A stretch of 64,000 nt of DNA from Mobula hypostoma (lineage: Eukaryota). Shown here one piece after another: positions 24,264 through 37,140 of the stretch. The notes under the pieces are model-generated. The model worked only from the letters and a program-made list of their open reading frames with translations, was not told the DNA's origin and ran no database searches. Each line of letters begins with the position of its first letter. Within the stretch, counting starts at the first letter, position 1. The DNA is taken from NCBI RefSeq assembly GCF_963921235.1, contig NC_086098.1, positions 154,628,001-154,692,000 on the forward strand, written 5' to 3'. A program made the translations under genes and the position numbers.

Positions 24264-27200
24264 ATTTACCACCGACATTTTCTTTTGAAAGAGAGGGAGA
24301 GAGACGAAGACTAACTGTTGGACTATCACTTTAAGGAACGAGAAAGAACTGGTCAACTGTTGGATTTCTGCTGAAGTGGAGATAGCACCGAGCAGCTCAT
24401 AAGTTGCTATGGTGACCGAGGGCGTTATTAAATGGACAACTGATGTTATGATTTTCGGCAGGTTGTGGATACTTCTTCAAGTACTTTTGCCTGCTTGTGC
24501 ATTTCTTCACAGAGAGACGAAGGAGGGATTATTTGAATGACAGTTGATGCTCAGCACGGGAAGATAAAATAGGAGGTCAGATGATAGACCTCAGACACAT
24601 GTTCTGGACACTGAATGAGCATTATTTTGCCCGCAGGAATAGTTGGTTTTGGAGCATCGATCAGGCGGATCGATCAGGCGGATCGATCCGTCGCTCTTGC
24701 AGTGGAAAGGAGGAAAAGGGTTGACTGCTGGAGAGTTGTCCATGTATCCACCCTCGCCTGGCGGATAGCTCCACCACAGAAAACCGGTTCCCTTTGTTAA
24801 AGGCACAGTCGGTGATTGTTAAAGGATTTCAAAGGACAACGAGAAGATCGACGGCGTCGGCTCACCTGAAAACTCAAATCTCTCCCTCTCTCTCTCCGTC
24901 ATTTCACAACTCAATACCACGAACCGAACTAAACTGAACGTTACTCATCATCGTAAGACAGTACCTTTTCACCCCAGACTTAAAGAAGCTTGGTTTTTCA
25001 TACATATATTTCCACACTTACTGATATACTTACTTGTGTATATAATCATTGCTAACCTACTTGATTTATCTACATTTATATTACTGTATTGCGTAATTAC
25101 TAATAAATATTATTAGTTTATAGCAATACTGGACTCCAAAGTGTTCTCCATCTCTGCTGGTTCTTTATTCCCGTCATGAAGATCGTGACAAAATTGGGGG
25201 CTCGTCCGGGATATGAACAAATTGGTTGGGAGGCTTGTTTGAGTTGATTGGGGGAAATACCCTTTTGAGTTGGTTGTGTGGAAATACAGCAGAAATGGAT
25301 GTTAGTATTGAGGATGAGCTTCAGCTCCTGTTGGAAAAATTAAAGGAAGAGCAAAGACAGCATGAATTGAAATTAAAACAGCTCAAGAGTGAGGCTAGAG
25401 GCAAAACAGAGAGAAGAAGCAGCAAAACAGAGAGCAGAGGCAGCAAAACGGACTCAAGAGGAAGAAAAACAAAGATAGTTTGAAAGGGGGAAATGGCAAT
25501 GTGAGGATCACGTGGCAGACAAGCAGAGACGGTTTGAGCTGGAAAAGGTAGAGAGGCTGCGGCAAAAAGGTCTAGAGTCGGACCCTGATGATTTTTAAAG
25601 CTTGGAAGGGCTTGTTTTGATCAATGAATTTAAAAATTGTGTTCTTGATGATGTAAGGGCATACCCAGATGCAGAGGATGCCACTACCCTGCAGGGGTTT
25701 GATAAGAAAGCAGACGAAGAAGTTTTAACCCACGAGGTTGAGTTTACTCCAGAAAAGAATTTGCCAGAGAATAGCTGGGAGGTTCGGGGTGACCTTGAAT
25801 TTGAAACTGGGACAAGTGATGACAGCCCAGGAGAGGCAGCTTTCGATTGAATGTGTTCAGGTTGTGGAAGCACCTGTGAATTCACAGAGTTCTGAACCTT
25901 ATGTTAAAGCTCAGTTAAATACTGAAGTGTCTGACTTGGTTGAAAAGGAATGCAGTTTTTGTGTGTCAGATGAGTTTGATTCAGTGAATAAGGGGTTAAC
26001 CTTGGTACCAGTGGAATGTGAGGATTCTCAGTCACTTGTATTAGACTGTGTTTTAAAAGCTGGTGAGGTCGGTGTTGATGAAAATAATGGGAAAAGTGCT
26101 GTTCCTGGACTTTTGGATAAAGTGCTGGAAAAGGTTGGATTGGTTGTGTGACCTTTAACCCTGCTTGCAGGACAGAGGCCTGCTGAGAAAGGATGCGCTA
26201 CTCTGTTGAATTTTGTTTGGACATGTGGACACCTGCAAGGTTATGTTGTTGAGGAAAGGATGAATTGTTATGGTTTTGGAGTGGAAGTTGCTATGGAAGC
26301 AAGGCATAGTGAAGGTAATCAGATGGGTAGATTGTTTGGTCTCTTCCATAATGTATACATGGTTCTCATCAGCCTGGTGATGGTGCTGAGTTTAGTAAAC
26401 AATGGAGGCATGTTGACACCTCTCCAAGATAAGAGTGTTTCAGCAATTCAGCTGATGAATAAGGCTGTTCAGCTGATGAGTAAGCAACCTGTTGAGGCCT
26501 ATGATGGCAAAACCAAAGGGTTAAATTATGATGATGTGTCACAGTCTTTTCTACCTTCCAGATTTCAGCAGGACTTAGAGGATAGTACAGCTGATGAAAA
26601 TAAGGTATATGAGAAAGGTTTGTCTTTATTGAGGAAGGAATTTATAGAGAAACAGAAGCGAGATTCTGGAGTGGTGGCTTTAAGGGAGATAGCTCTCACA
26701 GGAGAGGAGGTTCAGAGAGAGTCAGTGGGACATTACCTTAAAGATAAGGTGTTGATGAGGAAGTGGAGACCAGCCACTGTGCCTAAAAGTCACGTGGTGG
26801 TTCTGAAAGTTTATAGGGCTGAAATTTTAAACATGGCTCACAGTATGCCTTTAGGTGGAACTCATGGAGTGAGAAAGACAGTGAATAGGATTATGAAGGA
26901 ATTTTACTGGCCTAGTTTAAAGAAGGATGTTGTGAATTTTTACAGGACTGACTACACCTGTCAAGTTGAGGGGAAATCTAATCAGGTTATTCAGGTAACA
27001 CTACTTAAACTGATATCTGCTTTAGGTGAACTTTTTCCTGCGGTCATAGTGGATTGTGTAGGCCCATTGCGAAAGACTGTATCTGGTTATCAGTATGAGT
27101 TAATAATTGTGTGTGCTGTGTCTCGGTCCCCTGAAGCAGTGTCTTTCGAAAACACCGAGGCCAAGACTGTAGTAACAGCATTCAGTAAGTTTTTCACACT

Positions 27201-30170
27201 GGTAGGTCTGCCCAAAGAAATTCAATTTGACCAGGGCAGTAATTTTACTTCGAGAACATTCCTGGGGACAGTTAGAGAATTGGAAGCTAAGCACATGATG
27301 TCATCTACATATCACACAGAGTCCAAGGGAGCCTTGAAACGGCTCAACTCAACTCCTGAGACCATGATTAAAGCATATTGTGTGAGAAATGGGAAAAATT
27401 AGGATGAGGGGGTTTCCCTCCTCTTATTTGTCATTGGAGATTCGATTCAGAAGGCATTGGAGGGTAGTTTGTTGAAACCTGTATTCGGTTACAGGCCAAA
27501 AGGGCATTTGACCCTACTCAGAGAACTATGGTCTGATTTAGAAAGATGTATCAGTGTGTTTAAGTATGTTTTAAAATTCTGGGAAAGCTTTAGTAAGCTT
27601 TGTGTCCTTGCAAAGGAAAGTTTACAAGGTAGTTGAATCAAAATAAAACAGTTGTTTGCTAGAATAGCAGCTGGGAGAATTGTTATGGAACAAAATAGAG
27701 TCGTGCAATCTGATAGTGGAGTGGAAAAACATGTTTAACCACTGAATCTAGTCTCACCAAAATGTCAGAATTTCATTATTTTGGAAAACATTACTGATAA
27801 GGTCCATCAGTTGGAGCCTAGACTGCAAAAACAAGCGAAAGGACTAATTGGCATTTTGAAATGGTGCACAGGTGCAGTGCATCACGTCATTATACATTCA
27901 GCCCAGCCTATGAAACGGCATCTTCACAGAGTGAACTTTGAAGAAGGTAAAATGGTTGCAGAAGGAATTAGAAACCAGAAAGAGCAAGGACAGAGAATAG
28001 ATTACTGTATTGATATATTGGGGAAGCTAAATACCTTATTAAGATTGACTTGTTAAAAGGATACTGGGGTATTCCTTTAATAGAGAGGGCTAAAGAGATA
28101 TCAGCATTTGTGACACCATCTAGACTGTATGGGTACAATGTTTTAACCTTCTGGATGAAAAATGCTCCAGGGACATTTCAAAGAATGGTCAATTCTGTGA
28201 GTGGAAGGTTGGAAAGCACAGGGGTTTATATCAATGATTTAGTGGTCTGGAATGACATGTGGGAAGAGCAAATTGCAGCTGTAGAAAAACTGTTTGACAG
28301 ACTTTCCAAGGCTAATCTTACTGTGAACCTCGCTAAGAGTGAATTCGGTCATGCTGCTGTTATTTATCTTGGCTACGTAGTAAACCAGGGCCACCTGGGT
28401 CCTGTACAGGCCAAGGTTCAAGCTATTGCTGAAGTTCCTGTTCCGACTGGCAAAGAAGCTTTGAGAAGGTTTTTAGCAATGGTTGGACATCATCGTAAGT
28501 GTTGTAAGAACTTTGCTGACGTCAATCTCCCCTAACAATACTCTTGGGGAAGAATGAAAGATTTATGTGGAATGACCTTTTCCAGGAGGCATTTGAACGT
28601 CTGAAAACCATTCTGTGTTATCATCCTGTGCTCAAAGCACTTTATTTTTCAAAGCCATTTTCTATAGCAACAGACGCTAGTGATGAAGCTGCTGGGGCAA
28701 TACTGTTACACGAAGGAGTGAATGACATTGAACATCTAGTAGCTTATTTCTCAAAGAACTTTAAGGTGCACCAGAAAAATTGTTCAATTGTTGAAAAGGA
28801 ATTATTAGCACTTATTCTGATCTTACAATATTTTGAGGTCTATGTGTAGAGGCCTCGAAATCTTTCTGTTGCCCAGAGACCACTTGTGATTTACATGGGT
28901 TATAATCCGTTGATATTTCTAACTAAGATGAGGGATAAGAATAGAAGGTTGTTAAATTGGAGTCTGATATTGCAAGAATGTGACTTAACAATCAAACATG
29001 TGACAGGAACTCACAATATTATAGCTGATTACTTATCCAGATGTTAAGTTGGAAACTGTACACATTTTTGTTCTGTCATCTGCTGATGTTTTACCTGTAT
29101 TGGTTAAAACTCTGTAATCTACATTTAGACAAAAAAAATCGTCTTCGTCAATTTTTTTCTCTCTGAGGAAGGGGAGTGTGACGGGGTCCTGAATTACCCC
29201 TATTAACTGTGCTTTTGAAAAGAGAGAGAGAGAGAGAGTTATTTACCACCGACATTTTCTTTTGAAAAAAAGAGACAGAGACGATGATTAACTGTTGGAC
29301 TGTCACTTTAAGGAACGAGAAAGAACTGGTCAACTGTTGGATTTCTGCTGAAGTGGAGATAGCACCGAGCAGTTCATAAGTTGCTATGGTGACCGAGGGC
29401 GTTATTAAATGGAAAATTGATGTTATGATTTTCGGCAGGTTGTTCATACTTCTTCAAGGACTTTTGCCTGCTTGTGCATTTCTTCACAGAGAAAGGAAGG
29501 AGGGATAATTTGACTGACAGCTGATGCTTAGCACGGGAAGATAAAATAGGAGGTCAGACCTCAGATACATGTTCTGGACCCTGAATGAGCATTGCTGTGT
29601 CCGCAGGAAAACTGGGTTTTGGAGGATCGATCAGGCAGATCGATCCGTCGCTCTTGCAGTGGAAAGGAGGAAAAGGGTTGACTGGTGGGGAGTTGTCCAT
29701 GTGTCCACCCTCGCCTGGGGGATAGCTCCACCACAGAAAACCGGTCCCCTTTGTTAAAGTCAACGTCGGTGACTGTTAAAGGATTTCAAAGGACAACGAG
29801 AAGATCAACGGCGTCAGCTCACCTGAAAACTCAAATCTCTCCCTCACTCTGTCTCCATCACTACTCAACTCAATACCACGAACTGAACTGAACTGAACTT
29901 TACTCATCATCGTAAGACTGTATCTTTCTACCCCTCGGCTTGAAGGAGCTTGGTTTTTCATACATATATTTCCACACTTACTGATATACTTACTTACATA
30001 TATATTTACACACACATATATAAAATCACTGCTAACCTGTTTGATTTATCTACATTTATATTACTGTATTGCGTAGTTACTAATAAATATTATTAGTTTA
30101 TAGCAATACTGGACTCCAAAGTGTTTTCCATTTCTGCTGGTTCTTTATTCCCGTCACGGGGTTCGTGACA
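24164..30170 (+). mobile_element. Gmr1-like LTR retrotransposon (gag-IN-RT-RH order), decayed
   Basis: LTRs 24164-25190 and 29177-30170 (TGT...ACA). 4-bp TSD CCTC. Polypurine tract GAGGAAGGGGAG at 29165-29176. Integrase (H-H-C zinc finger remnant, VDCVGPL, DQGSNF) at 26.7-27.4 kb lies upstream of RT (28050-28535) and RNase H (28544-28849). Confidence 0.92.
25195..25212 (+). other. Primer-binding site for tRNA-Pro
   Basis: TGGGGGCTCGTCCGGGAT, 4 nt after the 5' LTR, matches the standard tRNA-Pro PBS. Confidence 0.9.
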
Positions 30171-30659
30171 CCTCACTTCCCGTTGTAACCTTGGTTATAT
30201 CCCATTTTGCCTCGGGGACTCGTTTTTCTTTCAAAAGTTCCAGAACAGTCTTTCTTAATGTCACATATTCTCGCATGTCAACCTGTTTTACGCTGTCCTC
30301 ACAAAAGTCAAGTCCTCTCAGTGGTGAATACTGAAGCAAACTATTCAGAAAGGACCTCTCTTACCTCCTCCGACTCCAGGCACATTTTTCGTCTTCTTTC
30401 ACTGATCATTCCTACCCTCATTCTAGTCATCTTCCTGCTCTTCACATACGTGTAGAAAGTCTTGGGGTTTTTCTTAATCCTACTATCCAAGGCCTTCTCA
30501 TTCCGCCCTCTAGCTCTCTAAAGTCCATTCTTCAACTCCTTCCTGGCTACTTTGTAGTCCTCTAGAGCTCTGTCTGATCTTTGCTTCATAAACCTTAAGT
30601 GTGCCTCTTTTATCCTCTTGACGGGATGTTTCCTTCACCCTAACATCCATGTCTGACAG

Positions 30660-31680
30660 GGAGAACCCCTATTAAACAAGGATCAATGAGAATCCCAAGG
30701 CATTTTATACTTAGATTAGGGAAAAGAGGATACCTAGCGAGAGGATTTGTCCACTCATGGATGAAGTATGAAATTTGTGCTTTGAGCCCGTACAAGTAGC
30801 TGAGGTGCTAAAGTAGTACTTGGCGTCGGTATTTACCGAGGAGAAGGATTTGCAGGATATTGAAGGCAGGGTGCGGCATGTGAATGTGCCGTGACATTTT
30901 GAGATTCTGGAGGAATTAGTGCAGGGTCTTCTGAAAAGCATTAAGGTGGATAAATCCTCAGAGTCTGATGGCAACTATTCCGGCATATTGACAGAAGCAA
31001 GTGTTGTCATTGCAGACGATTTTAGTGTCCTGACTAGCTGTAGGCGAGGTCCTGGGGGACAAGAAAGTAGCAAATATTATACCTTTATTCAAAATAGAAA
31101 TAGGAATATTTCACGTAATTATAGGCGAGTGAGCATTCTGTCAGTTGTAAGGATGCTATTGGAGAGGATACTTATGAATATAATTTCTGTGCTTAGGTAC
31201 AGTCAGCACGACGTTGTGTGGGCTGGTATTGTCTTACAAACTTGAGTGGAGTTTTTGAGGAGGTGACCACAGTCCTTAATGAGGTAATGTCAGTGAAAAT
31301 TATCTATATGAACATTACTAAAGCATTTGGAAAGGTCCCTCGTGGTAGGTTGATTCAGAAGATAAAGATACATGAGATCCAATGTGTATTATATGTTTAT
31401 ATTTGGAAATGGCTTTCCCATGAAAGACAGAGTTACAGTAGAAGGCTGCTTTGCTGACTGGAGTTCCATGACCAAATGTGTTCCATAATTCAGTGTTTGA
31501 ACTTCTTGGTTGTGATATATATCTGTGACTTGGATAAAAATGCAGTTGGGTGGATGAGCAAGATTGAGGATGACACCAGGACTGGTAAAATTCTGGGGTT
31601 TATAGGTAAGTTACAAATATGGACAGAGAATCATCAGGTGTTATGGATTCGATTTAAATTCATTAAATGAAACGAACATC
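30660..31680 (+). mobile_element. Highly decayed CR1 RT fragment
   Basis: Remnants NYRRVSILSVV, KAFGKVPRGRL and SKIEDDT in plus-strand ORFs. Confidence 0.75.
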
Positions 31681-31689
31681 AGGACTATA

Positions 31690-33382
31690 TGTCATGGTCC
31701 GGTCCGTGAAGTCCGTATTCCGGTTCACGGTCCTGTCCATCGAACCTTGCTCCAGGTTTTCCTGTCTACCCTGTTTCTGTTCTTATTAAGCACTAATTAA
31801 GGCAGCTGATGCTTGTTGGGGCTGGCTGCATAAATACCTCCAGAGACCAGGGCGTGGCTGCTGGATTGTTCTTGTCCTTACTCCTTGTATCCCTTCCTCT
31901 GCCTTCTGTTTCCTCGCCTGAAGCCTTGCCTTGTCTTGCCAGTAACTCTCGCCTCGCCTGAAGTTCTCATTTCGCCTTGCATTGCCTGAAGCCTTGCCTT
32001 GTCTTGCTGGTAACTCTCGTCTCGTCTCGTCTGCAGCCTTGTCCTGCAGCCACCCTGTACCTAGCTCCCTTCCTGTCCCTTGCCTCTGCCCAGGTAAGCC
32101 AGGCCGTCTTGCCGTTACCTGGGGTTGGTTCTGTCCCTTCCTGTCCCTTGCCTCCGCCCAGGTAAGCCAGGCCGTCTTGCCGTTACCTGGGGTTGGTTTT
32201 GTCCCTTCACGTCCCTTGCATCCGTCGGGTAAGCCAGGCCGTCTCGCCGTTACCTGCGGTTGGGTCTGTCCTTTCCTGTCCCATGCCTCCATCGGGTGGT
32301 GAACCGCACCCTGCCCAGGAGCACACGCCCTGCCCAGGAGATCCGCGCCCTGCCCAGGTGATCCGCGCCCTGCCCAGGAGTACCGCGCCCTGCCCAGGTG
32401 AACGGCCCCGGAGGAGCCTGCCTAGCCTCAAGCCTGAAGACTCCAGCCTCGCCTCGCCTCCAGTCTCCAGCCTGAAGACTCCGGCCTCGCCTCGCCTCAA
32501 GTCTCCAGCCTCCAGCCTGCAGCCTTGCCTCACCTCAAGACTCCAGCCTCCTGCCTAGCCTCAAGCCTGAGGACTCCAGCTTCCTGCCTAGCCTCAAGCT
32601 TGAAGACTCCAGCCTCTAGCCTCTAGCCTCTTGCCAAGCCAAGCCAAGTCTCTATCCTCTAGCCTCTTGCCTAGCCAAGCCGTCTCTAGCCTCTAGCCTC
32701 TTGCCTAGCCAAGCCGTCTCTAGCCTCTAGCCTCTTGCCAAGCCAAGCCAAGTCTCTAGCTTCTAGACTCAAGCCTCAAGCCTGAAGACTCTAGCCTCCT
32801 GCCTCCTGCCGGGCCTCGTTTCTAGCCTCAAGCCTGAAGACTCCAGCCTCGTCCTGCCTGCCTGGCAAGCCTCGTCCTTTCCTAGTTCTGGGGTCCGAGC
32901 CAGAGGCAAGACCCAGGTACTGGGTCCTTGTCCAGTCTCTGGCTCGGAGTCCATCCTGCCTCCTGCCAAGCCTCGCCTCTAGCCTCAAGCCTCAAACTTC
33001 AAGCCTGAAGACTCCAGCCTCCTGCCTCCTGCCAAGTCTCGCCTCTAGCCTCAAGCCTGAAGACTCCAGCCTCCTGCCTCCTGCCAAGTCTCGCTTCTAG
33101 CCTCAAGCCTGAAGACTCCAGCCTCGTCCTGCCTGCCTGCCAAGCCTCGTCCTTGCCGGGTTCTGGGGTCCGAGCCAGAGGCAAGACCCAGGTACTGGGT
33201 CCTTGTCCAGTCTCTGTCTCGGAGTCCAAGCCCGGGCTCCTAGCTCTCTTGTCCAGTTCTGTTCCAGGTTCCTGGTTTTCGTGTCCATGTCCTTGCCATC
33301 AACCTGTATCCTAGTCCTGTCCCTAGTGCTTCAGTGTCTGTGTCTTGCACTTGGGTCCGTTCCTAGCCACCTCCGATTGACA
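31690..33382 (+). mobile_element. Probable solo LTR inflated by internal tandem arrays
   Basis: Termini TGTCA...TGACA. 5-bp flanks CTATA/CTACA (one mismatch). TATA-like GCATAAATA near 31830. Contains ~67-bp x3, ~20-bp x5 and AGCCTC-rich arrays. Confidence 0.65.
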
Positions 33383-35281
33383 CTACAGTCTGAACTATGT
33401 TGGATTTGTTATCATCTGGCTTAATGGTGGAGATCTTTGATGATAGCTATTGCCTTCCTGAGGCAGTGCCTTCTAAAGATACCATATATCACAGAATCCA
33501 CCGACACTGAGGAAGGATGCGTCGTGACGCATTGGGCTGAGTTCGCTCCTACCGGTAGCTTCTTAGATTCCTACACAGTAGCAGATATTGAAGCATCAGA
33601 GCAGAATGGAACCAGTCAGGATACTTTGAACAACACATCTGTCGAAGTTCTCTCCATCACTCTTTCCATCACTCGCTTGGTGTTCGTTGACACCCCAAAG
33701 CTCCTTAACCTTCTGAGAAAGTTAATGTAATGGCTTCTCAGTAATGTTAACTAATGAGGTAATGATTTCTGTGTAGCAGCAATGATTGAGTTATAACTAG
33801 AGATAACTAGAGATCCAATGGGGGAAATGTTATTCTTTCTTGTGTGTCTGAAACCTGTTGGTTTCGCGGGCTTTTGGAGAAGGTGCGAGGGGAATGAAGA
33901 GAGGAGACGCGACTTGAGCGAGTCGGTGGGCCGTCCGACCGGGGGGTGGGGAGGGACTCCGAGCGGGGGTCCGAAGGAGGAGATCGATGGGGGAAGAAGA
34001 ACTGCTGGACTGCGTGAGCTCCAACTTTGCGTGCAAATGACTATTTAATAACATTATGGGCGCCTTTTCTTTTATATTTTGTTTCTCTACTAACCATATA
34101 TTCAAAGTAAGAGTTATAAAGCTTAATCGTTTAATCGCATAATGTGTACAGTTTGTTATTTCGGGGTACTGATTGTAACAGGGGACACATCGCGCAGCAT
34201 CCACCCAAACGAGATTTCTTAAATTCGGCCGGACAGGGTAGTTATCACCCGCGAGATTAAGCCGCTAGGCGAAGCAAGTGTGGGGGCTACATTCGGGATT
34301 GATTCCGTTGGATGCTGTGTGGTTACCCTGAGCAGTGAACCAGTTGGGGAGATATCTGTACTCCGGATGAATTGTTAATTCCACTGTTAAAGTTGCGATT
34401 GTGAGCGGAGGTTTGATAAAATGGCGTGCGCAGCTCTCGCTTTAATGCAGACCAGCGGTGAGGTAGCTGGAGGCGGAGATTTCAAAGACAGGGTTCTATC
34501 ATTTCTGAGGAGTGAGAGGAAAGAGTGATCGGATTTCGAATGTCTAATTAGGCCACATCCCCCGGTGAAGAGTGAGAATTCTGAGGTAGTATCCGCCCTT
34601 ACTTCTCTGGCGAATAAATGGAAAGATCAAAGTCCCAGCTATGGCAGGCTCCGCCGAGTCTCTGGAATAACGCCCACCCCTAACGGGGAGGAGGAGTATG
34701 AGGCTTGGGGGGACTGACCTCTCAGTTGTTAAATGAGTGGTCGTGCTCGGATGATGAAAACCGACAGTGATTGGTTGAAAGTTTGAATGGGCGGGCTGCT
34801 GACGTTGTCAGAACTGTCAGGTTAGATTATCCCGCAGCGACGTCTGTAAATTATCTGCAAGCCCTGGACGACGCTTTTGTTCCGACCGGCAGCTCCTGGG
34901 AGCTCCTGGGGAAGTTTCAAAACATGCGTCAGGAGAAGGGCAAGAAGCTTTCCGCGTACCTTTTTCTGCTAGAGACGGCTAAATCGCTTGCGGCGCCGGG
35001 GTGTCATTCGAATAGCCGAGGTGGATAAGTTAAGGCTGGACCAGGTAACTAGCCCAGGCCCAGGACAGGATTGCTCAGGATCTCCGGCAGTCCCGTAAAA
35101 CGCGCCCCTCTCCATTGTTCGTTCAGCTGATCAGAGAGGTGCGGGAGGCTGAGAACACATTGGCGCCGTTGGGGCCGTGGCCGTTGGAGACGGACACGTT
35201 GCGGTCCGCCAGCAGGATGCAGTCCTCGGTAGTAGCCCCTTGTGGTGAGGTGACCGGGGCCAGCAAAACCCGGGAAGTGGT

Positions 35282-37140
35282 AAACATAGAAACATAGAAA
35301 ATAGGTGCAGGAGTAGGCCATTCGGCCCTTCGAGCCTGCACCGCCATTTATTATGATCATGGCTGATCATCCAACTCAGAACCCCGCCCCAGCCTTCCCT
35401 CCATACCCCCTGATCCCCGTAGCCTCAAGGGCCATATCTAACTCCCTCTTAAATATAGCCAATGAACTGGCCTCAACTGTTACCTGTGGCAGAGAATTCC
35501 ACAGATTCACCACTCTCTGTGTGAAGAAATTTTTCCTAATCTCAGTCCTAAAAGGCTTCCCCTTTATCCTCAAACTGTGACCCCTTGTTCTGGACTTCCC
35601 CAACATCGGGAACAATCTTCCTGCATCTAGCCTGTCCAATCCCTTTAGGATTTTATACGTTTCAATCAGATCCCCCCTCAATCTTCAAAATTCCAACGAT
35701 TACAAGCCCAGTTCATCCAGTCTTTCTTCATATGAAAGTCCTGCCATCCCAGGAATCAATCTGGTGAACCTTCTTTGTACTCCCTCTATGGCAAGGATGT
35801 CTTTCCTCAGATTAGGGGAACAAAACTGCACACAATACTCCAGGTGTGGTCTCACCAAGGCCTTGTACAACTGCAGTAGTACCTCCCTGCTCCTGTACTC
35901 GAATCCTCTCGCTATAAATGCCAGCATACCATTCACCTTTTTCACCGCCTGCTGTACCTGCATGCCCACTTTCAATGACTGGTGTATAATGACACCCAGG
36001 TCTCGTGGCACCTCCCCTTTTCCAAATCGGCCACCATTCAGATAATAATCTGTTTTCCTATTTTTGCCACCAAAGTGGATAACTTCACAATTATCCACAT
36101 TAAATTGCATCTGCCATGAATTTGCCCACTCACCTAACCTATCCAAGTCAATCTGCATCCTCTTAGCATCCTCCTCACAGCTAACACTGCCACCCAGCTT
36201 CATGTCATCCGCAAACTTGGAGATGCTGCATTTAATTCCCTCATCCAAGTCATTAATATATATTGTAAACAACTGGGGTCCCAGCACTGAGCCTTGCGGT
36301 ACCCCACTAGTCACTGCCTGCCATTTTGAAAAGGTCCCGTTTATTCCCACTCTTTGCTTCCTGTCTGCTAACCAATTCTCCATCCACATCAATACCTTAC
36401 CCCCAATACCGTGTGCTTTAAGTTTGCACACTAATCTCCTGTGTAGGACCTTGTCAAAAGCCTTTTGAAAATCCAAATATACCACATCCACTGCTTCTCC
36501 CCTATGCACTCTACTGGTTACATCCTCAAAAAATTTTATGAGATTCGTCAGACATGATTTTCCTTTCACAAATCCATGCTGACTTTGTCCGATGATTTCA
36601 TCACTTTCCAAATGTGCTGTTATCACATCTTTGATAACTGACTCCAGCAGTTTCCCCACCACCGACGTTAGGCTAATCGGTCTATAATTCCCCGGTTTCT
36701 CTCTCCCTCCTTTTTTAAAAAGTGGGGTTACATTAGCCACCCTCCAATCCTCAGGAACTAGTCCAGAATCTAACGAGTTTTGAAAAATTATCACTAATGC
36801 ATCCACTATTTCTTGGGCTACTTCCTTAAGCACTCTAGGATGCAGACCATCTGGCCCTGGGGATTTATCTGCCTTCAATCCCTTCAATTTACCTAACACC
36901 ACTTCCCTACTAACAAGTATTTCGCTCAGTTCCTCCATCTCACTGGACCCTCTGTCCCCTACTATTTCTGGAAGATTATTTATGTCCTCCTTAGTGAAGA
37001 CAGAACCAAAGTAATTATTCAATTGGTCTGCCATGTCCTTGCTCCCCATAATCAATTCACCTGTTTCTGTCTGTAGGGGACCTACATTTGTCTTTACCAG
37101 TCTTTTCCTTTTTACATATCTATAAAAGCTTTTACAGTCA
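35282..37140 (-). mobile_element. 5'-truncated CR1 LINE (copy B) nested in Gypsy gag
   Basis: Uninterrupted RT frame (ORF 35700-37193), (AGAAACAT)n tail, near-identical to copy A. Confidence 0.93.

Noticed and set aside
32092-32400. Regularly spaced repeats resembling a CRISPR array
   Set aside because: Head-to-tail tandem units with no unique spacers, in a vertebrate genome with no cas genes.
31786-33424. Pro/Arg/Ser-rich ORFs on both strands
   Set aside because: By-products of stop-poor tandem arrays in an LTR-like element.
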